Source: Octopus sinensis (Eukaryota). Taken from it: a stretch of 64,000 nucleotides of DNA. The position numbers and the translations under genes were made by a program. Position 1 is the first letter of the stretch; each line of letters begins with the position of its first letter. The stretch lies in the NCBI RefSeq assembly GCF_006345805.1, contig NC_043000.1, positions 145,452,001 to 145,516,000 of the forward strand, in the 5' to 3' direction. The notes under the pieces are model-generated. The model had not been told where the DNA came from, did no database searches, and was given only the letters and a program-made list of their open reading frames with translations. Below, one piece after another: positions 12,558-23,910 of the stretch.

Positions 12558-12959
12558 TCTTTACTCTTTTACTCTTTTACTTGTTTCAGTCATTTGACTG
12601 CGGCCATGCTGGAGCACCGCCTTTAGTCGAGCAAATCAACCCCGGGACTTATTCTTTTTGTAAGCCCAGTACTTATTCTATCGGTCTCTTTTTGCCGATC
12701 CGCTAAGTGACGGGGACGTAAACACACCAGCATCGGTTGTCAAGCAATGCTAGGGGGACAAACACAGACACACAAACACACACATATATATATACATATA
12801 TACGACAGGCTTCTTTCAGTTTCCGTCTACCAAATCCACTCACAAGGCATTGGTCGGCCCGGGGCTATAGCAGAAGACACTTGCCCAAGATGCCACGCAG
12901 TGGGACTGAACCCGGAACCATGTGGTTGGTTAGCAAGCTACTAACCACACAGCCACTCC
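12555..12959 (-). mobile_element. SINE-A, full length
   Basis: Near-identical reverse complement of 9768-10195. Confidence 0.92.
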
Positions 12960-13277
12960 ATATGTATATACAATCCCGGAGACGTTGCTGGGAGCTTCAG
13001 AAAGAGTTATGTTCTCTATTCTTCGTAAAGGACCGTGTCCGCACAATCGGCTCGTCCGGAGATACCGATATACTGTTTGCAAAGCACCGCGTCTCAGGCT
13101 GTTAAAACGTTTTTGTAAACATCTAATTATTAAAGTGCAAACATTACCATAAAAGCTATTTCTATTCAATTTTTCAAATATATAGATAGCGCTGTAGTAC
13201 TGTAGCAACGACTTCTCTCTATTTTTTATTTGATTATATATATATATATAGAGAGAGAGGGAGACAGACAGACAGTA

Positions 13278-13296
13278 ATAGATAGATAGATGGATG

Positions 13297-13336
<40 letters not shown>

Positions 13337-13403
13337 CATACATACATACATAGATACATAGATACATAGATACATAAATAGACAGATAGATAGATAGATA
13401 TAC

Positions 13404-13453
<50 letters not shown>

Positions 13454-13477
13454 TAGATAGATAGATAGATAGATAGT

Positions 13478-13566
<89 letters not shown>

Positions 13567-13580
13567 CCTAGATAGATAGA
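13278..13580. repeat. (GATA)n/(TACA)n microsatellite
   Basis: Direct reading. Confidence 0.95.
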
Positions 13581-14149
13581 AGGAGGGAAGGCGACAAGTG
13601 TACTATATGGAAGGAGACAAGTGGACTATATATTCCCCAATACCAGACTAGTAAAAATAGATTCATGGATCGTAAAACGCAAAATTGTCATCGGCGGGAT
13701 TGAAAGAATACGCAAAGATAAAAAGAAATCCCAACAAGCATTTTGCCAGACGCGGTAAGAATTGCGACATGTCGCCTTACATGAGAAGAATGTTTGAAAA
13801 TGTGGCAAATTTTTTAGTTCATCATCAGAAAATTGCAGTGTAAAACAGCGTCGCTAATCAGTTAGCAAAATATGGTCTCCCTTTTTATGAAAAACTCTTT
13901 AGTGAGAACATGCACTATACACATTCAATAAAACATTTTTATATGAATACTTTTATTAAAAAATGTGGTTTTCTTTTTTATTCTTTTCGAATTGTAAGTG
14001 TTACTTTGTAGACATATGAAATATTATTTTAGTAAAATCTATTTGTTTATATGAAAATATTTTTATGTGAAAGGGTAATTTTGTATTTTATTTCAAACTG
14101 CATCATTCATTTTATCATTATTATTATTAAATATTATTATTATTGTAAA

Positions 14150-14335
14150 GCGGAGAGCTGGCAGAAACGTTAGCACGTCGTGTGGAATGCTTAGCAGTCT
14201 GCCTTTATGTTCTGAATTCAAATTCCTCCGAGTTCGACTTATACTTTCATCCTTTCTGGTTCGATAAATTAAGTCCAAGTTCCGTACTGGGGTCGATCTA
14301 ATCGACTGGCCTTGTGCCAAAATTTAAAATCGTTA
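14150..14335 (+). mobile_element. SINE-B (short-tail variant)
   Basis: GAGCTGGCAGAAACGTTAGCAC..TTCAAATTCC..GTCGAC..TTTCATCCTTTC..CTGGGGTCGAT..GGCCTTGTGCCAAAATT. Confidence 0.85.
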
Positions 14336-15371
14336 TTATTATAAGTATTATTAGACAAGACGGAGAGCGCGATGCGATTTCAATAGCTATTTTATTGGTT
14401 GAACGATATTCCGACAGCAAGCTTGTCTTTGTCGAGCTCAAAATAAGATGTGATGAAAGTTCAAAATTATAGAAATGCAAATTTAAAGTACGAAGAAGAG
14501 CAGCCAGTGTCCACATGATGATGGAAATACATCATCAGTTTTTACGTTCCAATTTTATATCAGGCGAAAACAAAAAGAAAGCAAAAGGAGACAGAAAAAA
14601 AGAAAAGGAAAAATAAATATTTAATCAAGCAGTTTTGTATAAACTTGATGATATACTTCCTATCATTTTATTCATTCATCCAGCATGTTAAAAACCAGCA
14701 AACATATTTCTCCTCATGCATTTTGAGAAGTAAAGTGAAGCAGATTCAGAATATTTTCTGAAAATATGCACTTTCAAGTCATTTTCAAGATTTCAGCTAA
14801 TTGAATCAAAATGTTCGGCAAGTTCTTTCAAACTACTGTTATTATGCCTCACATCATATCCGTGCCCGTTAAATCTTCTGTTCAGTTGTTCTGTTGTACA
14901 ACCAACATAAATTGTGTTTCGTGCATTCAGCCGCGTACACCAAATTAGTATCTCTACATGTTCCACCTTCTGTATAAATCATAACGTTTCTGTTATGATT
15001 CCTGACGGAATTCACTTCACTCAAGTTGCTGGACAATGAACAGGGCTTACCGCATTTGCGGTTGTTTTACAAGGTACAGCGTACAGATACTCCAATGTTC
15101 CTTTTCTTGGAGTGAGAAAATAAAGGTCAATAATTCTCTTATATTCTTATTCCGTCTAAAGACTACAATAGGTGGCAGAGGAAATATCTGTTTGAAAGGA
15201 GGATATTTCTGTGTCAGATGTTGGTAACTTCATGCAACTTTTTTGAAATGCCAGCGAATTTTCGGTGCCAGTTAATCACAAAAGGAATTCTGTCATTTAA
15301 CGTATTATGTTTGCGAAAACTATGCATGAAGGTTTGACTAACTTTGCTAATATTAGCCATTTCCTTTAATC

Positions 15372-15482
15372 ATTCTCCTCCTCCTCCTCCTCCTCCTCCT
15401 CCTTCTTCTTCTTCTTCTTCTTCTTCTTCTTCTTCTTCTTCTTCTTCTTCTTCTTCTTCTTCTTCTTCTCCTTCTTCTTCTT

Positions 15483-15532
<50 letters not shown>
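15372..15532. repeat. Compound (TCC)n(TTC)n(TTA)n microsatellite at the 3' end of the Dong-like element
   Basis: Direct reading. It reads (TAA)n on the element's sense strand. Confidence 0.95.
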
Positions 15533-15679
15533 CATTGTCATTTACTTTTAATCTGCATGTTTGATACAATCACCTGCCGGGACACACCCAGCGCCCTAGG
15601 GCAAGTGAAGGTTAAGAGTTGTTGAAATATAGCTGAAAGCTTGGGGAGATATATCTCCATGTAATGCAAACACAAACAT

Positions 15680-18100
15680 TTACATTGATAGGGTTTTTCT
15701 AAGGATGTGGGCAGTACTTGTTAGCACAATCTTTTGGATTTCCTTGAGACATGGTTTTCCAGGGATATTGTCTAGGTGTTTCTGACATCCCTTTTTTATC
15801 ATACCTACGGCACCTACAATAACAGGAACAGTTTTTGTTTTAAGATTCCACATCTTCTGTATTTCGATTTCCAGGTCCTTATATTTACTAAGTTTGTCAA
15901 ATTCCTTGACAGATACATTTTTATCAGTGGGGACGCTTACTTCTATTAGTCTGCAGGTATTTTCTTCCCTGTCTTTAACAATTATGTCTGGTCGATTAGC
16001 CTTGATCGTTCTGTCAGTGTTGACTGGAAAATCCCAGAGGATGGTGACATCTTTACCTTCAACAACTGGCTGAGGATGGTGTTCATACCAGTTAGCATGA
16101 GTGTCGGATTTGTAGTGTTTACATATCTTCCAATGTATATACTGTCCTACCCTATCGTGGCGATTTTTGCATTCGTTTGGTGTCAGCACAGGACATCCCG
16201 AAACGAGATGGTCTATCGTTTCGTCAAATGTGTCGCAGAATCTGCATTTAGGGTCAGTACCGTTTCGGAGAACGTTAGCCTGGTAATTTCTGGTAAACAA
16301 GCTTTGATCTTGTGCTGCCATTATGAAACCTTCAGTCTCTGCTTTCAATCCAGAGCTCTTCAGCCACTGATGGGTTGTTGCTTGGTCTACATCAGCATTT
16401 TGGCTTCGGAGAATATATTGTCCATGCAGGGGCTTCTGGCTCCACCGCCTCTCAATTTGATTCTGCCCGTTCTTTTTTGCAGTCTGTTTGATTCGCTTTG
16501 CTTGCTTGGTAGCAGTGGTTTCCGGCTTTTCATCTGATTCAAGGTTAATGTCTAGTTCCCTTTCGAACTTATAAGCTTCCTTGACAATAGAATGTAGCTT
16601 TTTGCTGCTTTCGTGTTCGCACACAAGTCGCAGCATCCAGTCCTTTGTACTAGATAGGTACCTGTGCATTCCTACCATAGACGTCTTATAGCACAGCTCT
16701 AATTGCATCATTCCTCTCCCCCCGCTGCTTCTAGGTAGGTACAAGCGGTCTACATCTGCCTTAGGGTGGTGCATGCTCTTGGATGTCAGTAACTTTCTTG
16801 TCTTCCTGTCCAAGCGTTGGAGTTCCGTAAGGTTCCAGTTAATGATGTTAAAACTGTACTGGACTACTGGAAGTGCCAGGGTGTTAATGGCCTCAATGCA
16901 ATTTTTGGAGTTGAGTTCAGTCTTCAGTACAAGCCTTATTCTCCTATAGTATTCCTTTCTTATTTTTTCCTTCATAGTAGCATGATGTATACCATCTCCT
17001 TCGTTGATTCCTAGGTATTTGTAACTTTCTTGTGGGTCAAGTTCCTTGATGGTAGTGTCAATATCTAATTTAACAGAAGCTGTTTGCCTGAGCTTGCCTC
17101 TTACAAAAGTTGCTTTAGCACACTTATCAAGGCCAAAATCCATTCCGATATCATTGCTAAACTCTTTAACAGTTGTTAGCAGCCCTTCTAGCTCTTGGTC
17201 ATTCCTGGCAAACAGCTTTAGGTCGTCCATATAGAAAAGGTGGTTTATTAACTTACTAAAAACTTTGTACCCATATCTGGTACTATCCAATTCGTTTGAG
17301 AGTGGGATCAGTGCCATGCAAAAAAGTAATGGAGAGAGGGAGTCACCTTGAAAGATGCCTCGTTTGATGTTGATGCTGTTGGACTGGCTCATCCCATTAC
17401 TATGGCTTAGAAAGAGACGTGTGTTCCACATGGTCATGCTATTCTCTAAGAATTTTGAGACGACAGGAGAGATCTTGTATATCTCAAGGGCCTTGAGTAT
17501 CCATTTATGTGGGACACTGTCATACGCTTTCCTGTAGTCTATCCATGCCATACTCAGGTTTTTGTTTTTGCTCCGGCAATTCTCTACAATCATTCTGTTT
17601 ATGAGCAATTGGTCTTTGCACCCATAAGAGTTTCTTTTACAACCTTTTTGAGCTTGTGGAAGGATAGAATTTTGTTCAAGGAAAGCGTACATTCTCTCCG
17701 TTATTATGGATGTGAGGATTTTGTAGGTGGTGTTGAGACATGTTATTGGCCGGTAATTCTTTGGGTTTTTTGTGTCTTCGGTTTTAGGTAATAGGTAGGT
17801 GGTTCCTTCAGTCAGCCAAGCGGGTATTTGCTCTGGGTTCTGTATGACATCAGACAGAGATGCAGCGAGATGTTCGTGTACCTCTGTCAAACAATTCAGC
17901 CAGAAGTTAGGAATCCGATCCAGTCCTGGGGTTTTCCATTTATGAGCCTTCCTAAGGACACACCTTAGCTCCTCTATTCCTATTGCTTCCCATTTCTGTT
18001 CTTCAAGTTCATCCAGTCTCTCTTTCTCACGTTCTATCCAGTCAGCCTTAGCATTAAACTCTTTTTCGTTGCTCCATACCTTCTTCCAGAACTCCTCCAC
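15680..18100 (-). CDS. Uninterrupted RT + CCHC finger + restriction-like endonuclease portion of the Dong-like ORF
   Basis: KTPGLDRI, NYRPITCL, IDYRKAYDSVPH, GIFQGDSLSPLLF, YMDD, CRFC..HLVSGC, RPDII..LIEVSVP..KLSKY. The frame continues upstream (DAKKFYREIGK) to ~18180. Confidence 0.93.
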   Translation of the reverse strand: MEEFWKKVWSNEKEFNAKADWIEREKERLDELEEQKWEAIGIEELRCVLRKAHKWKTPGLDRIPNFWLNCLTEVHEHLAASLSDVIQNPEQIPAWLTEGTTYLLPKTEDTKNPKNYRPITCLNTTYKILTSIITERMYAFLEQNSILPQAQKGCKRNSYGCKDQLLINRMIVENCRSKNKNLSMAWIDYRKAYDSVPHKWILKALEIYKISPVVSKFLENSMTMWNTRLFLSHSNGMSQSNSINIKRGIFQGDSLSPLLFCMALIPLSNELDSTRYGYKVFSKLINHLFYMDDLKLFARNDQELEGLLTTVKEFSNDIGMDFGLDKCAKATFVRGKLRQTASVKLDIDTTIKELDPQESYKYLGINEGDGIHHATMKEKIRKEYYRRIRLVLKTELNSKNCIEAINTLALPVVQYSFNIINWNLTELQRLDRKTRKLLTSKSMHHPKADVDRLYLPRSSGGRGMMQLELCYKTSMVGMHRYLSSTKDWMLRLVCEHESSKKLHSIVKEAYKFERELDINLESDEKPETTATKQAKRIKQTAKKNGQNQIERRWSQKPLHGQYILRSQNADVDQATTHQWLKSSGLKAETEGFIMAAQDQSLFTRNYQANVLRNGTDPKCRFCDTFDETIDHLVSGCPVLTPNECKNRHDRVGQYIHWKICKHYKSDTHANWYEHHPQPVVEGKDVTILWDFPVNTDRTIKANRPDIIVKDREENTCRLIEVSVPTDKNVSVKEFDKLSKYKDLEIEIQKMWNLKTKTVPVIVGAVGMIKKGCQKHLDNIPGKPCLKEIQKIVLTSTAHILRKTLSM

Positions 18101-18123
18101 TTCCTCAATCTTAGGTGGATCTT

Positions 18124-19338
18124 CTATGTGTATTTTATTTTTGCCAATTTCCCTATAAAATTTCTTTGCATCTGTCTTAAAAATTTATTTTGTCGATAAA
18201 ATTTGTTTCTTTTGTCATACCTTCTAAGCCGTTGAGCTTTCAACTGTATCCGTTGTTTCAACAGTTCCTTAGTTGCAGGGAGGTTTATAAGATCTTTGAT
18301 TTTATATTTTTGCTTGATTTTTCTAGCTTTTCTCGGCTTAATATTCACTCCTCTAGCAAGCTCATCGAGAATTGAAACATCCGCCCGCAGAGATTCAATC
18401 TTTTTTTGTATCGCTACTTTCCACTTAGGAGGTTCATTGACATGCCTGGCCTTTTTCTTTGTCATCTTAATACCTAGTTGGGTAGTTACTACTTTAGTAG
18501 TGGAATAAATGAGATTATTTAAGGTTGTCAAATCATTCCCCTTATTTCTTAAGATCTGTCCTAGGGCAACGTTATATGTCATGATTGTGTTGTTATTTCT
18601 TGTGCCATTTGAAAACTTTGGTAGTGGTTCTCTAGTAACCATGTCAGTGAGCTCAATCTTGCCGAGTTCTCTCATAATGTCCACTAATTTTGTCAATTTC
18701 AGCGTCAGTTAGTCTTTTGTTTTTAATTATATCTCTGCGTACATTACTTAATTTATTTGCGTCTATATATCTACGTACGTCATTGCCTACTGAATTTCTC
18801 CATGAGATGTATGTTTGTACACTGAGGTTATTGTTTGGGTTTAGTTGGCTGTATAAAAAGCTTCAACACATCTCTATAGTCCTCTCTTGTCCATTTTATA
18901 CGTTTTGCTTTAGGTGGTGTTTTTGGTGGTGTCACTACAAGTCAGAGTTAGAATATTCTGGTTCTGGTCACCTGGTAGATCGTCTTTTTGAGAGTTTGTT
19001 CCAGCAGCAAACTTTTCGACCCCAGTCTGGTTCCCTACTGGGTAACGCGGTCCTTGTTGTCCCGGGCGATGAGCGATCCGGCATGATTTTTGGCTTATTT
19101 TCATTAAATGATTCACGGCGACATCAGAGGGGTCCATTTTTTCAGAGTCAACTTTTTGACAAGACGCCGCCTCTGTGACGGTGACGTTAGAAGAAGGGAC
19201 TGTTTGTACAGGGTCAATTTTTTGACAAGACACCGCTTCTGAATTCTTCGAATTAATATATTGTTCATATCGAACTCGCATAAGACTTACAGATCGAAAT
19301 TCGCCTCTATTTATTTTGGTAGTCATGTTTCCGGGCAT
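18124..19338 (-). pseudogene. Frameshifted N-terminal part of the Dong-like ORF
   Basis: ORFs 18910-19338 and 18124-18696 plus intervening NNLSVQTY..YIDANKLSNVRRDIIKNKRLTDAEIDKI. Frameshifts near 18180, 18700 and 18850-18910. Confidence 0.8.
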
Positions 19339-19492
19339 AACTGTTCAGTGACTTTCTAAATTCAGTGCCCAATTTGCTCTTTTTTGCGTTTGTTCGTGAA
19401 AAATCGCTTTGTTTTTGTTTTGTGTTCGTCCGCGTAACGTGGTTTTTCCTTCTGTGTGTACGTGTGAGCGCGTGTAAGCATTATTTATGCTT

Positions 19493-19588
19493 TATAATTA
19501 AAATGTGTACATGTATGCACAAACAGTTGCATGTATACTTTACAATTAAAATGTCTACGTGTATGCATAAACAGTTGCATGTATACTT
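19493..19588. repeat. Tandem duplication of a 48-bp unit
   Basis: TAtAATTAAAATGTgTACaTGTATGCAcAAACAGTTGCATGTATACTT x2 (19493-19540, 19541-19588). Confidence 0.9.
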
Positions 19589-19831
19589 ATTTAATTAATT
19601 AATTAATTAATTAATCAATTTATGTACTTACTGTCTTTCAAGAGCTCTGATGTTCGCTTTTATTTCTTATGCATGTCACATGGAAATATTATGCATAAAA
19701 GAAAGAAAACCATACTATATATGGCAATAATAGTTCGGACTTTTTAGTTACTTTGCCTTAAAAGAACATTTGGAAAAGATATTTTGTGGAACCTTTCTTC
19801 CATTGCAACGATGTTGTTGGATTAAATTCGT

Positions 19832-19903
19832 TTATTATTATTATTATTATTGTTATTATTATTATCATTATTATTATTATTATTATTATCGTTATTATTA
19901 TTA

Positions 19904-19935
<32 letters not shown>

Positions 19936-20392
19936 TGCTTTGTATTTGTACAAGTTGGCACCAAGTCTCACCCAGAGAACTCAAGAGACAAGAAGTTAGA
20001 TGTTCAAGTTGGTTTTATATTTGGTTTTGCACACAGAATAGTTTTAGAAAATGTCTGTCAAAACAAGTAAATTAGAAGTTTGTTTTAAAAGTAATTCGGT
20101 TATAAGATGATAGTCTGGCGTTGAGATGACAATGAAAGACGTTAAGTTGACAGTAAAAGGTGTTTAAAAGTATTTTGACACTGTTTACAGTGTAAAATAT
20201 TTTGAGGATAACATAGACAATATTTTACGTAGGATAATTTTTGAAGTTCATCCCTTTTGGGATTTCTTGGTATCTGACCTAGGAAGAAATCAGCCCATTT
20301 TGCAATTAATCCTACGGTATCTATGACAACAGATATTGTTTTAGTCTTGAGGTTCCACATTTTGCCAATTTCTATTTCAAGATTTTCATACA
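19832..20392 (-). mobile_element. Decayed 3' fragment of a second Dong-like element with (TAA)n tail (19832-19933)
   Basis: ORF 20142-20393 YENLEIEIGKMWNLKTKTISVV is homologous to the C-terminus KYKDLEIEIQKMWNLKTKTVPVI of the first copy. Confidence 0.82.
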
Positions 20393-20479
20393 TGCTCAGT
20401 TTAATGCCTGGGGTAGATGTAATGGACTTGTTGCTTGTCCTAAATTTGCCTCTCTTGCCAAAATTTTGAAACGCCTGTT

Positions 20480-20522
20480 ACTATTACTACTACTACTACT
20501 ACTACGACGACGACGACGACTA

Positions 20523-20576
<54 letters not shown>

Positions 20577-20577
20577 G
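20480..20577. repeat. (CTA)n/(CGA)n microsatellite
   Basis: Direct reading. Confidence 0.95.
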
Positions 20578-22863
20578 CTGTTGTGTATACCATCCGTCAT
20601 CCAGGGGCACCAACAGCGGATCTAGTCAGTCTCATTCGCAAACTGTGCCCCCATTTAATTATGCTCAGATTGCTTTCAAGTTTGGTGTATCGATGCAACT
20701 CTGAATTTTGAATACGACCAATCAATTACTTTACCCCGTAAATTAAAGAATCTGATGTTTTTGCACTCAAATTTGGGGTATTTGGATAATTTTAGCCAAT
20801 CAACAGACAGCATGGCATTAGCAGCTTTTTACCGTGCCGTTGCCTCACGTAATCAATAGCGTGAGACACCTTCTTTGTGATTTGAATGTTAGATCACTGC
20901 ATATATAGCAAAAGTTGTTTACGATGTTTATACAGGTTTTTGGCATTATGAAGGTGACTAGACAGTTATGCCAAACTTCAGAGACTCATTGGCTCGGGTA
21001 GCTGGTTTTATGATTTTACTAGGTTAATTCTATTCATAAACATTTTAATTAAGAGTTTTTCTTAAACCATTAGCTTCACATTTCTATTTTCTTGGTATAA
21101 ATTCTTTGTTGACCAGTGTTATTCTTATTGTAGCTTCCAAATCCAAGCATAAAAACGTTATTCAACTTTGGAGCATTCGAGGCAGACGCCCCCCTCCCCG
21201 ATCACACACATGCACACACACACACATACATGCACATACAGACATGCACACACACACATGAATGCATAAATGTGTTATAACCTTACATGTGGATACATAC
21301 AACAACATTCACTTATGTATTAATGATGTATACAAGTACATGACAGGTGTACATTATACTGAAATAAGCATAAAGTAAGCACATGCAGACAGGTGTATTG
21401 ATATAATAAATTTTTTTAAATAATAGATTTTATTTATTTTTTATTTTTATCTAGTTTCAGCTCACGAGCTGTGGCCATGCTGGGGCACTGCCATTTCCTA
21501 CAATTTCCTAGATACCTACAATCAATGAAGAGACAAAGGAAACAGTAAGATTATACATGTTGATCTTAGGTATTTCTCTATATTTAGAAACCTACAATGA
21601 ACAGGCCAAGACACTAAACTAGAAATTTCACAGGGTACAAGCTTAAAGTTGACACCGTCCCGCTAAATGCAGAAAATTTCTGTCTCGCTACTGGCAAAAA
21701 ATACAGTTTTTTTCGATTTTTAAACCTCTGTAACTTTTTCCTCCTTTTTGTTGTTTTTTTTCCCTCCACATCATACCTTCATAACAATAAGACTGGAAGT
21801 CAACATTATGATAGTCGATTTTCGGATTTTTTACTTCCTTTTGAAAAATGCCTATTTTGCGAATCAGTTTGACTAGATCCCCAACAGCGGCGTAATGGTT
21901 GAGATGGGAACCCCGCTACAATCACCAGCTAGTGACCGAATGAAAAAAATTAAATAGATAGAATACAACTGCTACCATTTGGTTTGGAGATTGCTTTGCA
22001 GCGGCTACCGAAAGTTTGTTAAATTTTGCAGAACTAATTTGCTTGCTGTTATATATAGCAACGAAACAAAAGGTGAATGAAGTTTGGTGTTGAATAAAAA
22101 GGGAAAATATTCCTCTAGATAAGACGGCAGGTGGTAGAAGAGACCCTAGACCTGCCAATAGAATGGAAGTACGAGATGCAGTTGAAGTCAGAATGTCAAG
22201 ATACTACTTGGGAGAGCCGGGGCTCCAGTGGTTTTGACGTCCCAATACCAGCAAGAACCTACAGCAACAATGGCAGTAGTAGCAGCAGAAGCTGCGAAAA
22301 TAACAGGAAACCAGCAGCAGCAGCACTAGAACCAACAGCAGTAACAAACTGTAAGATCTACAACAGCAACAACGACACCCATCACAAAAGAACCAAAACC
22401 CGCAACACAGGAAAGTATGCTGACTAATTCCTTCTCTATTGAACCCACACACATAAACATACATCACGCTTCTGCTATTTCAGATATGAAAATATCTTTC
22501 TTGTAGAGGTATTCAAATGAAATTTGGAGATATGCTACACTCACTATGAACAGACCACACAGCAACTCAATCATCACCGAAACCACACACACACCAAGCA
22601 CAGACAAATTCACTACAGCTCCACAAACACCAACAGAACCCACCACAGTAAAAAGAACAGTATCAGCAGAGTGACACTTCTACAAAACACACACACCCCA
22701 AACTTGGTGCTGTTAAGGAACAGAGGGGAAAAAACGGATGTCGTTTTTTTTTTGGAAAACATTAAAACATTAAAACAGATACCCTCAATTACTTTCAAAT
22801 TACTAAAAATTTTGAAATTAACGAATTTGGAGCTGGAGATATAGAGAATATTGAGGAGGAAGT

Positions 22864-23248
22864 GGAGGCGCAATGGCCCAGTGGTTAGGGCAGCGGACTC
22901 GCGGTCATAGGATCGCGGTTTCGATTCCCAGACCAGGCGTTGTGAGAGTTTATTGAGCGAAAACACCTAAAAGCTCCACGAAGCTAATGTCAGGGGGTGG
23001 TGATCCCTGCTGTACTCTTTCACCACAACTTTCTCTCACTCTTACTTCCTGTTTCTGTTGTACCTGTATTTCAAGGGGCCGGCCTTGTCACTCTCTGTGT
23101 CACGCTGAATATCCCCGAGAACTACGTTAAGTGTGCACGTGTCTGTGGAGCGCTCAGCCACTTACACGTTAATTTCACGAGCAGGCTGTTCCGTTGATTC
23201 GGATCAACCGGAACCCTCATCGTCGTAACCGACGGAGTGCTTCCATCC
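22864..23248 (+). mobile_element. SINE-D (tRNA-like head, SINE-C-type tail) with perfect 14-bp TSD
   Basis: A-box TGGCCCAGTGG, B-box-like GGTTTCGATTCC. TSD ATTGAGGAGGAAGT at 22850-22863 and 23249-23262. Confidence 0.92.
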
Positions 23249-23497
23249 ATTGAGGAGGAAGTTTCACAATGATATGGTAATTCCTGGTGCAAAGGCCAAA
23301 CTATAGGCTCCCAAATGTCTTCTCAAAGGAACCCGAAATCCCATTGAAACCAAGTAATTCAGAGAACAGCAAAGGGACTACTTACGTCGCTGGTAGTCCG
23401 GTGTCATTGTCTGTTCAAAAGATACATTACACGGTGTGATTGTTTTTTCATCAGTATGTAGTGGAGACAAAATATATCGCTGATGTTCACGTTCGCA

Positions 23498-23910
23498 GGA
23501 GTGGCTGTGTGGTAAGTAGCTTGCTAACCAACCACATGGTTCCGGGTTCAGTCCCACTGCGTGGCACCTTCAGCAAGTGTCTTCTGCTATAGCCCCGGGC
23601 CGACCAATACCTTGTGAGTGGATTTGGTAGACGGAAACTGAAAGAAGCCTATCGTATATATGTATATATATGTATATGTGTGTATGTGTGTGTGTTTGTG
23701 TGTCTGTGTTTGTACCCCTAGCATTGCTTGACATCTGATGCTGGTGTGTTTACGTCCCCGTCACTTAGCGGTTCGGCAAAAGAGACCGATAGAATAAGTA
23801 CTGGGCTTACAAAGAATAAGTCCCAGGGTCGAGTTGCTCGACTAATGGCGGTGCTCCAGCATGGCCGCAGTCAAATGGCTTAAACATGTAAAAGAGTAAA
23901 AGAGTAAGAG
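23498..23910 (+). mobile_element. SINE-A, full length
   Basis: Near-identical to 9768-10195. Confidence 0.92.

Larger units (their letters stand above)
15533..19480 (-). mobile_element. Near full-length R4/Dong-clade non-LTR retrotransposon (RT + RLE)
   Basis: Single-ORF architecture: N-terminal RIKWTREDY and YIDANKLSNVRRDII blocks, then RT, CCHC and PD-(D/E)xK endonuclease. The 3' UTR ends in (TAA)n. Confidence 0.9.

Noticed and set aside
13600-13760. Open frame ending at a GTAAGA donor-like site (also the acceptor-like site at ~58590 and the ORF at 22131-22427)
   Set aside because: There is no recognisable protein motif or matching partner splice site. Such signals are frequent by chance.
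16076-19178. Plus-strand ORFs overlapping the Dong-like element; likewise 37462-38136 (+) over the CR1/L2 LINE
   Set aside because: They are antisense shadows of TE coding frames with no independent motifs.
19340-19480. HDV-like ribozyme expected at the 5' end of some RLE-clade elements
   Set aside because: I could not find a P1/P2/P3 nested pseudoknot by eye. A descriptor search would be needed.
22864-22940. tRNA-like sequences (also 47764, 9768, 45502)
   Set aside because: They are SINE heads continuous with repeat bodies, tails and TSDs. I could not fold a complete acceptor stem, so they are not called tRNA genes.
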